This document shows positions 25,371-39,141 of a stretch of 64,000 bases of DNA, piece by piece; within the stretch, counting starts at the first letter, position 1; each line of letters starts with the position of its first letter. This DNA is from Mytilus edulis (taxonomy: Eukaryota), in NCBI RefSeq assembly GCF_963676685.1, contig NC_092355.1:67518001-67582000 (forward strand), read 5' to 3'. A model generated the notes under the pieces. It was not told where the DNA came from, searched no databases, and saw only the letters and a list, made by a program, of their open reading frames with translations. The position numbers and the translations under genes were made by a program.

Positions 25371-26508
25371 CTTTCCGTGAAATTGACTCGTCCTTTTAAA
25401 TTTCAAAAAAAAGAAAATTCTCTTTTCCACATGCTAGTATATCAAACTGTTTAGAACAAGGTGCCTTCCTCGATGTGTTGATACTGTACTATAACACTCT
25501 CTGATTTTCTCGGTTTTAACGGCATATCATGCATTGCAGGTTGAACACAAATAACATTGAATAAAGGCAACAGTGGTATACCGCTGTTCAAAAGTCATCA
25601 ATCGAGGTAAAAGTCTTCTGAGAAAACAACGGACGAACAGAAAAACTGAACTGCAACAAAAACAAACCCCAACATACATAAAATCTAACTGATTGATAAC
25701 AACTGCCATATTCCTGACTTATTATATGAAAATTAAGAAAAAAAGATGAATTAAACCTGGTTTTATGGTTATCAAACCTTCCCGCTAGCATGGCAATGTA
25801 AAAAAATTACAACATGTCGTGCCAAGAATACAGTACAAACAAACGATAAAACACACAAGTGAAATTCAACTATTTGCAATTCATGCTTTAATTTGGGTTT
25901 AAAACTATGTCACCTTAAATAAGCGTACGTTCAACATTTCGGATCACCTAAGGTTGAAGAAGATAAAACAAAACATTTTTTTAATTTGACAATACTTAGT
26001 CCAATAAGGAGCTTTATTGAAAACATAAACTCCCACAACCTTTGCCAAAATAGTGAAATATTGTTAAGATAAATTGAATATGCGATTAAGATAAATAGCT
26101 GGAATCTTTGCTGAAAAGTTTAGAAACTGTTTATTGGTGAAATGCAAAAGATAGCTGCATTACTTTTTTTTCTTTTGGACAAAACATGAAACCGATATAA
26201 AGAATTGCACAAATTAATTAATACGTATTTAACTTATATGAATACACCCAATTCACTGTGGAATTTAGCATCGATCAATTTCCTTTCTAAGATATCATGA
26301 AAATTAGGGAAAACGAAAACAAAACATAGCTACTAGCTTGTTTGGAAAAAATACAAATATACATCAATACCTTAACTTGATATCGCGTCATCCTTTCAAC
26401 ATGGAAAGGTGAATATATAACATTATCAACAGATAATCATCATCGAAAGAGGTTTATAGGTAAGCTGCATTGACTCGTCATAGATACCAGGACTGAAATT
26501 TGATATAT

Positions 26509-26552
26509 ACGCCAGACGCACGTTTCTTCTACAAAAGATTCATTGGTGACGC
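26509..26552 (-). ncRNA. Degenerate hammerhead motif (core CCAAUGA)
   Basis: Same repeat family as 9210; more decayed copies at about 45768-45810 and 58879-58925. Confidence 0.6.
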
Positions 26553-27580
26553 TCGAATAAAAAAATGTTGAAAAGGCCAAATAGTACGAAGTTGAAGAGC
26601 AGTGAGGACCAAAAATTCCTAAAAGTTTTGCCAAAACAGACGTGTTGACAACTGGGATGGTGATACACGAATTGAGTGAAGCTGAGATACTCATTAACAC
26701 AAACAACTCATACAGGATACAGTCAGGATTATACTTAGTCAAAATTACCTGTCCATTATGCCAGTTAATTTTTACAATTGTGAAAATATGAGTTATTGTA
26801 GGGATGACGCGCTGACAGTTTAGCTCTTAAAACTCAATACATCTATCCACATAGCACCATTACGATCATTTTACGGCATTGATATTTTAAAAGACAAATA
26901 TATAAACTAGCTATTGAACATCATGTACTGTACTTTTCATCTTAAAACTATAGATTGTTCGGTGGTCAAGTGGAATTTTTGGGAGTTCAAAAACATTTAA
27001 AATAATTCTAATTAAATATTTCGTGAAAGGGCAGACAAAAATTTTCAAAGGTTGAAGACTAAAAATTATAGATAACACAATAAGTAAAAACTGTGTAAGT
27101 CGAACACACCCACTCTTTTTTTACTCATAAAAAAAGTATTTCACTTGACCTATATATTTTTTGGACTGTAAAATTCTAATGTTATTAAAAAGTAAAATCA
27201 CAAAAATACTGAACCCAGAGGAAAATCAATTCGGAAAGTCCATAATCACAAGGCAAAATAAAACAACAAAACGCATCAAAAACGAATGGACAAGAACTGT
27301 CATATTCCTGACTTGGTACAGGCATTTTCAAATGTAGAAAATTGTGGATTAAACCTGGTTCTATAGCGCTAACCCTCTCACTTTAATGACAGTCTCATCA
27401 ATTTCCGATATATTTACATTGATGCGTTAAATAAACAGACACAATAAATAAAATAGTCAAAATATTGGTACATCAGTCATCATCATGAAGACTAAATATA
27501 TAAAAATAATAGAATCTGAAGCGTTGAGATGTATAATTTTTTTGTATTTTTTTAGGTTTTCAACACAATAGTTAACTTAA

Positions 27581-27788
27581 GGTGGTAGACCTAGGTTAAG
27601 GGAAATAACTCTTAAAATCATCAGTACGTTTGTGTCAGCCATTTTCATAAATATGTTTTAAGCTTCTCGGATACATAGATTATTTTCAATCTGTTTCAGG
27701 TAAATGCTTAAAATACATTGGTGAACTTGACTTTTACAAACGCTTGACTGATTTAAAGAGTTATCTCTTTTAACCTAGGTTTACCTCC
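27581..27788. mobile_element. Kolobok-like MITE with TTAA target duplication
   Basis: ttaa|ggtggtagacctaggttaa ... ttaacctaggtttacctcc|ttaa. Confidence 0.75.
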
Positions 27789-28049
27789 TTAAATACGCTG
27801 AAACATGATTTTCCTTTCGATGCAATTATTGCCCTTTTTGTAAATTTTTTCCCATGCCAGAGATGCAAAAACAATGTAGAAAGATCAATCTTTGTGTCTA
27901 TGCAAATGTTTTTGTGCAAATTATGCTTATGCACAAAAATTGAATTTCAACTTTTCAGAATCGACTGTTTTATAAAAAGTTGTCTAGAATTCAAACGTTC
28001 ACAATTATTTTCAAGCTCGATACTATAATTAAGTTTAAAACACGTATAT

Positions 28050-28400
28050 AAAAGAGGGACGAAAGATACCAAAGGGACAGTCAAACTCATAAATCGAAAA
28101 TAAACTAACAACGCCATGGCTAAAAATGAAAAAGACAAACAGACAAACAATAGTACACATGACACAACATAGAAAACTAAAGAATAAACAACACAAACCC
28201 CACCAAAAACTAGGGGTGATCTCAGGTGTTCCGGAAGGGTAAGCAGATTCTGCTCCACATGTGGCACCCATCGTGTTGCTTATGTGATAACAAATCCGGT
28301 AAATAGTCTAATTCGGTAGGTCACATTCATGAAAGGGAAGGGAATTGTAGTTACGAGGTAAGGAACCTATCCGATATCATTTGTGAAACGGTTATTCCAT
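28050..28400 (-). mobile_element. Dispersed repeat (3' end of a Penelope-like element); other copies at about 14650-14797, 34550-34800, 59097-59370 and 59835-59990
   Basis: Shared aaagagggacgaaagataccaaagggacagtcaaactcataaa...ggtaagcagatcctgctccacatgtggcacc sequence; joined to a Penelope RT tail at 34550. Confidence 0.65.
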
Positions 28401-29199
28401 CATATATAAGGTGCATAAAATCCTAGATTATGCACTTTTCTTAAACTTTAAAAGCCCATAGAAAAGTATGTAAACAATTAACATATACATATTTTGCTTG
28501 TGTACCTTCTCTAACAAAGAGTTCTATTCCTTTTGTTTAATTTCAAATGGGTTTCCGCCTGGGATAAAACTGTAAGAAACACACTAATTTATGAATATTT
28601 TTATATATATGCCGAAAAGGGAAATTATAGGATTTCTCAAAATTTGGAAGGACTATTCAATTGTTTGGGTAAGTCGAACAGGAATATTTATCAAATTATC
28701 CTAACCCAACACTTAACCAAAATAATTCGTTTCGTTAAGTATATTTCATAATATAACGATACCGGACATGTTCATGACACGTCACATAGAATAATTGTTG
28801 TTATTGATAACATTCATTCATTCCTCGTCTATCCGAAAAGCCATACATGACAGGAAGCGAGACCAGATAATAAATAATATTATGAAAATGGAATGTGTAT
28901 TTTTTTTTATATATATATACTTTGAAATATCTTTGTATGTAGTTCGTTATTTATTTTATAATTTGATTTTACGGATTTAACCTTAATTGTCGAATCAATT
29001 TGCCAAATAAGCAATATCTAATACTAAATTCATGAAAAATAAACTTCAGAAATACTAAACATTGATAGAAATTAAGAATACAAGTAGATAGACATTAAAA
29101 CTTCTGTAATAAATCGGATCCGCTACATTCAAATAAGTTATTGCAAAAAAAAGAAGCTTTATGAAGCCCAAATTATGACGGCATGAAACACTTTAGATC

Positions 29200-29252
29200 T
29201 CACAAGTGCATATTCCGCTGTGCTTTTGAACATCTTTTGAAGCGCTTTGGGG
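29200..29252 (-). CDS. BRICHOS precursor gene B, candidate terminal exon 5 (APKRFKR/CSKAQRNMHL*)
   Basis: tttgtatttctcaag acceptor (an AAG acceptor is also used by exon 2 of this gene); phase 1 matches the exon-4 donor; gives an R-x-K-R furin site followed directly by Cys. Confidence 0.65.
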
Positions 29253-31531
29253 CTTGAGAAATACAAATGTGATTGTCACAGTTTAATGACTCTCTGTCAT
29301 ATATGTAAACTGGAATATACTGTGCTAGTATATGCAGTTGCTGATGGGATGTTGATTTATATTAACAAACTATTCATGTGTCATTACTTCTGTACTACTA
29401 CTGTAACGCTGGAGCGATGAGACCCCTATTATCACTGGTGTTAAACTGATAACCGTAACTGGAATTACGACGATCCAAATATGGCGACGGCAGAAATAGG
29501 TAAAATCTTTTCAGTCATTTTTCTCAACTGTAGCCCGTTGTTGTCACGAGTTACTCAACTGCAAGGTTTTTGGATATCATTACATCATATTTGAATCGTA
29601 TCGGTGCACTATAATTGTCTAAGCGCTTAGAAAATTGCCGTCGAAAAATTCAGGATTATAATCGTAATTCAATGGCATTTTTCTAGTTTGATCATCGTAA
29701 TTTCTTTATGGGGTAATATAGTAACTGAAAAAATAATAAATGTGTCTTCAAACTTTTTGATGGTATTGTGTGTGTAAAAACAGCAATGTCCAGTTACACG
29801 ATGACATTAACACAAAATAAAAAAAATGAATCAACTTACAGGTTCATATCTTGGACAAACCTTATAAATATATCTCACGATTTATAACAATACATGTATA
29901 TGCATAACCTTTAGCAATATCCAATAGTCCAAAAAGCAATACTATCAAAAATTCATTGCTCCAAATGAAAGTCCAGTATACCACATTTTAATATGCCATA
30001 TGTTTTGCGTCAAATATCGCATATATCCAATCGAAATAATCAATAAAAAGGGCAAATTAACCTCCCCTATCCAATATTCCCTATACTACGGGACTGGCTT
30101 TGGGTTACTTTCTTTATAAATATATAAGTTATAAAACGGATGAGATTTTTGTCTTCGGCAATATATGAAAGAGGAAGTTTATTTTAAATTCCAGCAGCAC
30201 GCCAGGAATGACACCACCCCCTCCCCCGTGCTCTTTACAAGCCTTGTTTATCATAAGTTCCCTTTTGTTTATATTCTGGAATGGGTCCACAAATTTTGAA
30301 GCATTTAAAGGACTAAAAATCACAAATATATATTATATATATATGCGTATTGATAAATTACTTCTTAAGGCAGAATATGTAAATTAACACAGTCGAAACT
30401 GGTTTAATTACAAAGAAACTAATAGATTACCAAACAAATATTTGTTTGCTTCAGGAAAATGCATGACAATTAGAAAGGCTCATTTTCCATTTGATAGAAA
30501 TATACTAAATATATTGTAATTATGCAAGTACAAAACTGTTCCTTGTTACCTTCAATAGTTTCTCTCAACAATAACTACCATGCATATGTATGCATCATTC
30601 TTTTCATATACCAAGTTTTTTTATAATTTCTTGAACTTGTTTCTAGTATGGCGGAATATGCGTTATGATTTCTTTAAACTGAAGACCTTCTTTGAATTAA
30701 TATATCTTGCAAGAAAATTTAAGGCCACACCAATTTGATTAAATGATCTTCGGACCACATAGGAACACAAATTCATGTTTGCCAATGAACTCCACGTTAA
30801 CATTTGCTTAACTTCATAACACACAAAGCACACCAACCTTTCTCTACTATAAATATTATCATTTCATTGATGTTTTTAAAATATATATGTATAGTTATTT
30901 TCTAAAATATTGAAAAAAGTGAAATCACAAAAACACTGAACTCCGAGGAAAATTCAATCGGAAAGTCCTTAATCACATGGCAAATTCAAATTACAAATTA
31001 CATGAAAAATGAAATGACAACAACTGTCATATTCCGGACTTGGTACAGGCATGTAGAAAATGATGGATAGAACCTGATTTTATAGCGCTTAAACTCTCAC
31101 TTGTACAACAGTTTCAACAAATTCCGTTATATTTACAACGATGCGTGAACAAAACAGACATAATGAATAAAAGTCAAAATATGGGTGCAGCAGTCATCAC
31201 TGTGTTACAATTCTAAAAGAAACAATTTTACAAAACAGCACAAAAGCATCTATCAAATTTAAAAAACATGCATTGCGTCACGTGTCTAACGTCAGAAAAC
31301 TTATACGTCACATAGAAAGAAATTTTGTCGTTCAATATTTATACAAAACAATTTCATAATTTCACATTTGGAATGTTGGCATACAGGTTTAAAAATCACA
31401 GTTATGTTAGAATTAGTTTCAGAAATAGACCTAGATTTAAAATTGTACAGAAGTTGTTTAGAATTTCTAAGAATCCACTACTCGATTAAAATAATTTTGT
31501 AGTTTGTCGTTCAACGTATTTTCTAATTTAT

Positions 31532-31660
31532 AATAGAACTATAACATAATGACATACTATAGAACAATAACATAATGACATACTATAGAACAATAACATA
31601 ATGACATACTATAGAACAATAACATAATGACATACTATAGAACAATAACATAATGACATC
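31532..31660. repeat. 26-bp tandem repeat, about 5 copies (atagaacaataacataatgacatact)
   Basis: Seen directly. Confidence 0.9.
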
Positions 31661-31909
31661 TTTTAAAGTACAGAGTCACGTTATAAGAAATAAAGAAACA
31701 CAAAAAGTTGCAAATAAAAAACACACCAGCAAAAATGAAAGATAATACAAACACATTGACGTGATGTATTCAGTACCGAGCCACGTCAAATGGATATCAC
31801 AGAAAACAATCCAAACAGTAAAAGTAATATTAATAATAGAACAAAGACAAATGAAAGAACAATATAACACGTTGTTAAGATGATAAACAACGTCAGTACG
31901 CAGAATCTA

Positions 31910-32530
31910 TTAGTATACATCAAGACCATCATGTATTATTTGTGAAGTTGATACGGAATATTTATCAACAAGGTATTGGTACCTTCCGATGAACTTTTTT
32001 AGAAAAAGAACGAGACGTTCTTTGACATACCCCTGGTTCATCAACTTTCTGCTCAGACACTGGTGACGTTTTACAAAGTCTGAGTAGGAGATGCAAGCTC
32101 TTGAATATTGAATAAGTAGGGAAATGTATATCCCATATGCAGGTGAACTTGGTATATTGCTACTAAGGTGACGGAAATTTATAATTTCAAAATTTAAATC
32201 GTCTCGTTTGTCATAGATTCTCGTACTAAGATGACGGTGTATGTCCAATTCGATGTATAAGTCTAAAATGAGGCGGAGGAAGACGTGTCTGTTGTTTCTT
32301 TAATTTCTAGTTCTTAGTGATATATTAATGGTACCCAATCAGAAACGTTCGGATTGTTTACGGAAAGAACATCCTCAATATATCTGAAAGTAAAATTAAA
32401 TAATCTGGCTTCCTTGGTTGTCTTGTTTTTGACAAGTGTCTGAAGGAACTCCGATTCATCTCACAAAAAGAAGAGGTCGGCAAGGAGAGGCGCATATTTC
32501 GTTCCCATATGAATGCAAACAATTTGTTGA
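31910..32530 (-). mobile_element. Penelope-like retroelement, RT C-terminal half, degenerate
   Basis: IPYGNEICASPCR/FTFRYIEDVLS region, then YDKRDDLNFEIINF..LSSNIPSSPAYGIYIS.LIQYSRAC. Confidence 0.8.
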
Positions 32531-33557
32531 AACGTCAGTGACGGTCATGAAGTAGCTAATCATTTTATAGTATGTATGGGCTATACAACTGTTTACACAT
32601 TCAAAAAGGTGTGATATATGTTTCCAAGTCCCTATTTAAATAAAATACCGAACAATATTTCTTTTTAATTCTAAACATTTAGAAAATCATGATAACATTA
32701 TTTTTTAATTTTCAAAGTTACTCTCATTCCCATATTTCGTATCATTCCTAGTTCCTGGAGATTTAAACATAGTTCGTGTTTTTTCATTTCCAAATTTCTT
32801 GAAGATTGTCCCCCTTTCCATTCCAATTTTAAGATATACTCGTATGTAGCTGTTTACATTAGAACTATTAATCCTTTTTCATACATGTATGCACAAAAAG
32901 AAATACCATAAGATGTTAAAACGTTCCCGTGATTAATTCATCACTATATTTTCATAATATGCTATTTGTAGACAGTTTTTAGTGTCAATATCAATCAAAC
33001 ACTATGCAGTAACGATTATCTTCTTATTCTTTATTTATCGAAATTACGATTATCTTTTTTGGAGTTACAATTATCATCCCGAATTTTCGACGGCAATTTT
33101 CTAAGCGCTTAGACAATTATAGTGCACCGTTACGATTCAAATATGATGTAATGATATAGAAAAACCTTGAAGTTGAGTAACTATTGACAATAACATGCTA
33201 CATTTGAGAAAAAAGAAATGAAAAGATTTTACCTATTTCTGCCGTCGCCATATTGGGATCGTCGTAATTCCAGTTACGGTTACCAGTTTAACACCAGTGT
33301 ATTATACAGCAGGTCATGTGCAGTTATTTATGACTGACAAACATTTTCACCTTGACATAAATACTGATGACATATCAGGTTTCAAACAGGCATAAAATTG
33401 CTAAATTGTAAGATATCTGCATAAAGTAACATCGATTCTTCAATGGTTTTTCCCTATTTGTCAATTTCTAATGACAGTTAAATATATTTTATTTTGTTTC
33501 AAGCATGTTGAATTGTAAGCATAACTCCATTTGAACACAAATATCGCTTTTACTCAC

Positions 33558-33706
33558 CATTTTCAAGTCTGTGTGCGTATACGGATTTATAACCACGACA
33601 AAAATTTGCAATCTTTGGACCAGCATAGGCAAGCAAGTTTTCATTGGTCATGTTTGTTTTGCTTAGTCTGTATACATGCTTTGTTAACTTCGTTGCAAAT
33701 ATTTGG
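33558..33706 (-). CDS. BRICHOS precursor gene B, coding exon 4 (SQIFATKLTKHVYRLSKTNMTNENLLAYAGPKIANFCRGYKSVYAHRLEN)
   Basis: ttttag/gtgagt, 149 nt, phase 2/1; paralog of 403-551. Confidence 0.9.
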
Positions 33707-34265
33707 CTAAAATACAAATTTATGTAACATAGCTCATGTTTAGATATTTCTTTCATATTTGTAAATACGTGTATTAACATTGAGAGAGCTCTTGAAAACT
33801 AACATATAAACAGGAAAACTATGCAAATTTTATCACAAAACATGATTAACCCGCCTCATTTTTTCGCCTGTCCCTAGTCAGGAGCCTCTTACCTTTTTTA
33901 GTTGTTTTTCTTAATTTAAGTTTATTAATATATTTTTGGTATAGCGTCCAATTCCAATGACCTACTATACAATTTGTTTAGGGGCTATCTGAAGCCTCAT
34001 TGAATTTATCGCTCTTTTGAAGACCCATTGGTAGATATAGCTTTCGGTTTTTTTCGGTTTTTTTGTCAGGTTGTTGTCTCATTGATACATTCACCATTTC
34101 CATTCTCAATTTCATGTCCATTTGTCTTTATGTAAATATGAGTTTTGTGTCTTTCATTAAACACTTGCAGTTTTGGCAAACGAGTTGCGTTTACTAGGCT
34201 TCTTGAGCAAACTATTATAAACCTCTGCCATATTCCTTTTGTTAAAAGATTATTATTTATATTAC

Positions 34266-34366
34266 CTTGTCATATTATAAAGTCGGGCACTTATTTCAGC
34301 AAGATTCTCTGTCATTAGAGTAACATAGCAAATTCCTTCGTCTACTTTCTTTAAGGCTAGTCTGTT
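34266..34366 (-). CDS. BRICHOS precursor gene B, coding exon 3 (NRLALKKVDEGICYVTLMTENLAEISARLYNMT)
   Basis: ttcag/gtaat, 101 nt, phase 0/2; paralog of 2452-2552. Confidence 0.9.
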
Positions 34367-35932
34367 CTGAATACAGTTAGAAAAAGAAATACCTTGATTT
34401 TAAATATTTTCATCCAATTGTGTAAAATAAAATGAAAAGAAAAATGAAAAATGAAAAGAAACACATTACATCCACTGTTTGATTTTGCACTTTTTAAGCG
34501 TATTGTTTGTATTCAAGAGATCCAATTGGTGAAGTTTTAATCATCACTTCTTAAATATTACGGACGCCATCATGATTTGGTTGACCGTTATGGAATATTC
34601 GTTATACAGATGATATCGGAGTTCCTTATGTCGTAACAACAACCCCCTTCCCTTTTCACGAATGTGACCTATCGAATTAGACTATTACCTGGCTTTGTAA
34701 CAACATAAGCAGCACGACGGGTGCCACATGTGGAGTAGGGTCTGCTTACCCTTCCAGAGCACCTGAAATCACACCTAGTTTTTTGTGGGGTCTGTGTTGT
34801 TTTTGTACCCCTATTTGTGATATTTTGTTCAAGCATCATTGTCAATATAATGGAAATTGATGCGACTATCGTACAAGTGAGAGGTTTAGTGATGTAAAAG
34901 CAGGTTCAATCCATCATTTTCTACATTTTAGAATGCCTGTACTAAGTCAGGAATATGACAGTTGTTGTCCATTCGTTTAATGTGTTTTATGATTTGTTAT
35001 AAAATTTGATTAAGGACTTTCTGTTTTGCATTTCCCTTGGAGTTCAGTATTTTTTTGTTATTTTACTCTTTGCAATTCATTTTGAGATGAAAAGACTGCA
35101 AATTTTAAGGAAATCACTTGCAAAATATGCAATTACAACTAATACGTGTACACTCCAGATGCTCACATTTTACATAAACTTTGCCAAGATGAGGTTCTAT
35201 AAACGTGCGGATGTTATAACTGGAATTTAGAAGAAATAATTACATGTAAAAATTGAGCATCCATATTTATTATGTTGTTATATATTAAAATTAATGATGT
35301 CATGATTAACTAATTATGGACATCGGATAGACTGTACAAGATATTTTGTGAAATGTACATATTGTCTTGTTTAAATAAAAAGTAGCATTGAAGCTATATT
35401 ATTGGTTTAAACTTTCACTTTAAAAATATGTCGATGAAAAGAACATAATTATTGGTAAGAGTAATATTAGACTTGTTTTCTTCTGTAAACTATTCAGTAT
35501 TGTATATTTATCAAATTTGTTTTATGTGTATCAAATATTGCAGTAAATTCATAAAGCTTACTTGTATATTTGTCAAAACTAGATATATATTTCTCAAATT
35601 TAGTCGATACATTTGTATATTTATTCTTGATTTATTTTATATCTATTTTATATTTATCTTATATCTATTTCATATTTATCTCATATCTATTATATATTTA
35701 TTTCCTATTTATTTTATATGTATTTCATATTTATTTAATTTTTATTTAATGTTTATTTTATTTTTATTTAAAATTTATTTCATTTTTATTTCATATTTAC
35801 TCAATCTTTCTGTTGTATTCATAACATTAGTTTTTATTTTTGTAATTCGGTTTTGATATATTTGTTTAGTTTTCAAATATAATTTTTACTAGAATGTAGA
35901 ACGAAATGCTACAGTTTTATGTGTATACATAC

Positions 35933-36085
35933 CATATTGAAATCATGAAGATTTATGGTCCTTGACCAGTTTGGTCCAAGATGGTTCACCTCACCGATAT
36001 TGACAAGAAATGTTTTCCTTTCAATGTCAAGAACTAAATCTTCATTCACTGGTTTACCGTCCACTTTAATAATAACTCTAAAGTT
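35933..36085 (-). CDS. BRICHOS precursor gene B, coding exon 2 (NFRVIIKVDGKPVNEDLVLDIERKTFLVNIGEVNHLGPNWSRTINLHDFNM)
   Basis: tttcaag/gtatgt, 153 nt, phase 0/0; paralog of 2844-2996. Confidence 0.9.
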
Positions 36086-36156
36086 CTTGAAATAAAAATG
36101 AAAGTTTGTTTTAGTGATATTTGACGTTACCTAGCATTTATATATCTCTCTCTATT

Positions 36157-36909
36157 CACTGGTGTTAAACTGGTCATCGTAATTGCAGTTAAGATACAAC
36201 TGGCATATAAGGATCGTAATGGTGCTATCTGGATAAATTTATCGGTTTTTAAGAGACAAATTGGCAGCGCGTCATCCCTACAATGGCTTCCATTTCTACG
36301 GTTGTAAACATGAACTGGTGTAATGCCTAATGGGGACATAGTTTTGTCGAAGTAGAATCCTGACGGTTAAATAATGTGTGAACATGGAAAATGTTTGCCT
36401 TTCTTTGTGTTCATGATGAACATTTACTGTAAATTATGACTTGTAAAATATAAATACTATATCTACAAAGCATACAGTATATTAGTAAATTATTTACTAT
36501 TTCATTTTCTAGGCACACTATCAAACATTCAAACACGAATTATATATAGAGAAAGTTAGGATCATCACTAACAAGTTACTAGGATCATCACTAACAAGTT
36601 AATATGATCATGGCCAAGTTACGACCTTCTTATAATCACGTTACGGCTATCATAACAAACAAAATTCTTGGAGTTACAATGATATTCCGTAAATTTTCAA
36701 TGGCTTTTTTTTCGGTAACAAGGTCACATATGATATTAAGAACACATACATTCAACAATACCGTACACATCAACCTAGCGGCTGAGTAGTTCTGTAAAAA
36801 ACGCTTGTACACGGAGAAATTACAAAAAGACGATGTTTTTCCTATTTTGGGCTCCGCCATGTTGGTATCACCGTAACTGCAATTATGGTCATCAGTTTAA
36901 CACCAGTTG
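36157..36909. mobile_element. 750-bp non-autonomous element with CACTGGTGTTAAACTG TIRs
   Basis: cactggtgttaaactggtcatcgtaattgcagtta ... taactgcaattatggtcatcagtttaacaccagttg; CTATT on both flanks. Confidence 0.8.
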
Positions 36910-39141
36910 CTATTGGGTTTTGTCCTGTGGTGCAATCGGAAAGAAATAGTATTTCCAATTACGCTTGAATTATACTAAAATTTTACCTTAACGACAAAGT
37001 GTATACTAGATAGAGTATGTACTATCAAAACAAATATTTTGTTACCGACTTTATTGCCAAATTAAAAACAATATGGAACTATAAACAAATGTCACACCAG
37101 TGGGCTTTTATCCACTATTATCATCAAAAATTGCTTGTTCCAAGTCAGGAATGTGGCAGTTGTTTTTGGACTATACTCGTTAATTTGTAACGTTTCCATT
37201 TTTACATAGTCTTTGATAAAAACAGGCTTTGTAAACATACATTGGTAACGTTTTTCCTTACATTTCTTTCGTAGAATAGGCTATACATGTATAAGCATAC
37301 TATATATGACAATAACTTTCTTGCTACCTGTGTCTGACAATCACTTTCTTGCTACCTGTGTCTGACAATAACTCAAAGACTAAATATACCAATTTTCATG
37401 ACACTTTGGTGGTTTTTTTTATTTCTATCAATTTTCGATTTTTATACATTTTGTATTTAACGTTTTAGAAGTATTGCATTTTATTCGTAAAAAAGAAGAC
37501 GATTTTTTTCAGTTTTCGGACAATAACTCAAAAACGATTTAGTAGTTTTTATGACACTTTGGTGACTGGTTTATGTACACTAAGTCTTAAATGTAATCAT
37601 TATAACACGGTACTTATACCTTTGGGTATTGTCTATATTGGTACAACCATTGATTTTGTTTGCAATTAAATGCCGCATACCTAATAATATCTAAGACAGG
37701 ATTTACAAAATAGAGAATAATTAGTCACAGAAATAAAGAATATAAACAAATATGATGCTACAATATTACAGAATAATAGACAACAACTTATAGAAATTAA
37801 ACCTTCCTAATCCACATCCGCATGCATTACTATACAGGTATGATCACATACAGTTCTATATCTCCTGTTGATACTTAAAACTTTTGCATTGTAAAGGTCA
37901 ATCCTTTTTCAGATTTTTTTATTAAATCTTAAAAGTAAATGAATTTTGTAAGAAGTTTTTATAAATATATATATCATCATCATGACAAGAGGATATAGTA
38001 TTTCAATTCTAAATATGCATATATTAATGTAATTCCATTTATAACGTGAAGACAGTTGTTGTTGGTGGCTGTTTGTCTTGTTTGTTTCTCATTTATTATT
38101 TCAATTATATGTTAATCGGTCTGATTTACATGGGTTTTTGTCTGAATCGATTGTCGGACCGTTTATTGCTACAATCTATTGATTTTGCTCATTGTAAGAG
38201 ATCACACGATGAACACCAGTTGCTTACATTCACATCAGTTGTTATTTAGTGAACAGTTATACCTATAGGTATTTGGTTTCAGTTATGTTCAAATTACGTA
38301 TGTAATGTATTTCGGATATAACTGTATTGTATTTAAAGCTCGGACGTCATTAATTGGTGATTTGATTGTCACAAATGAATTTTACTGGCGACGCGTTAGC
38401 AGAGCCAGTAAACGGGTATTTGCGACCTTCAAATCACTAATTGATGCCGTTGGAGCTTAAAATGCAATATTGTTATCTCCCTACTAATGAAACTGACAGA
38501 AAACAACCTCAAATCATATATTTAGAATCTGCTATCTGTCGTCTGCGCCTGCGCGTACATTTCCATAGCATCAATTGTCAATTGATGCCATGAAAATTTA
38601 TGACGTTAAATAAAATTGAACGTTACAAGCGATGTTGCATTAGAATTATTTATATACTAGAAAACAGTAATATACTGAACTCCGTAATATGAGTGATTCA
38701 AAGATAGATTACATAAAAATATATGTCTACACATAATGTATCATATTAGACCATCACGTTTCAGTTCATATGCATCATCGATTTTTAAATATTTTTTGAC
38801 TTTTGGACGTTCCTTGTGAAGGTGAATTTATGAACGCTTCGGAGGCTAGATAACGTATTAACTGTTTTCATCTTTTAATTAAGTAACATTTTTCACAGTG
38901 TAGAAAATAAAACGGAAATCAATTAAGGTGCAAAAGACAGAAAATCTTTTAGTTTCGTTATTTATCGCCTTGGTCTAATATCTGATTCATAATACAATTG
39001 ATGTATTCATTTTGGGACCGCTTGCATTTTAAAAGGTCCTGTATTTCATGAACTTTTTTTTTTATTTTTTGATGTTGCATTGTCAAAATAAAGGAACCAA
39101 TACTATGATAAAAAGAAAATCCGTGTAACACACTTGTCTGA

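Larger units (their letters stand above)
29433..33299. mobile_element. 3.9-kb non-autonomous DNA transposon with TIRs of about 270 bp (CACTGGTGTTAAACTG), in intron 4 of gene B
   Basis: 29433-29705 is inverted at about 33030-33299; TATTAT flanks both sides; carries a Penelope fragment and a minisatellite. Confidence 0.85.

Noticed and set aside
28990-29040. Possible SECIS (AUGA...UGA) downstream of the in-frame TGA of exon 5
   Set aside because: Helix II pairs poorly and there is no apical AA motif; selenocysteine recoding is not supported
29839-29859. Apparent 21-nt mini-exon on the minus strand (VCPRYEP, aag...gtaagt)
   Set aside because: It lies inside a transposon, the VCPRYEP reading needs phase 0 whereas gene B exon 4 ends in phase 1, and there is no supporting homology
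30670-30706. Alternative phase-1 terminal exons for gene B (DILIQRRSSV* here; DILQFSNFMPV* near 33380-33416)
   Set aside because: No furin consensus or Cys, and the first lies inside a transposon; the RFKR exon at 29252 fits better, though only cDNA can settle it
35452-35856. 134-aa hydrophobic ORF (also 16827-17042, 23844-24026, 27947-28271)
   Set aside because: Low-complexity T-rich or repeat-derived sequence, not coding-like
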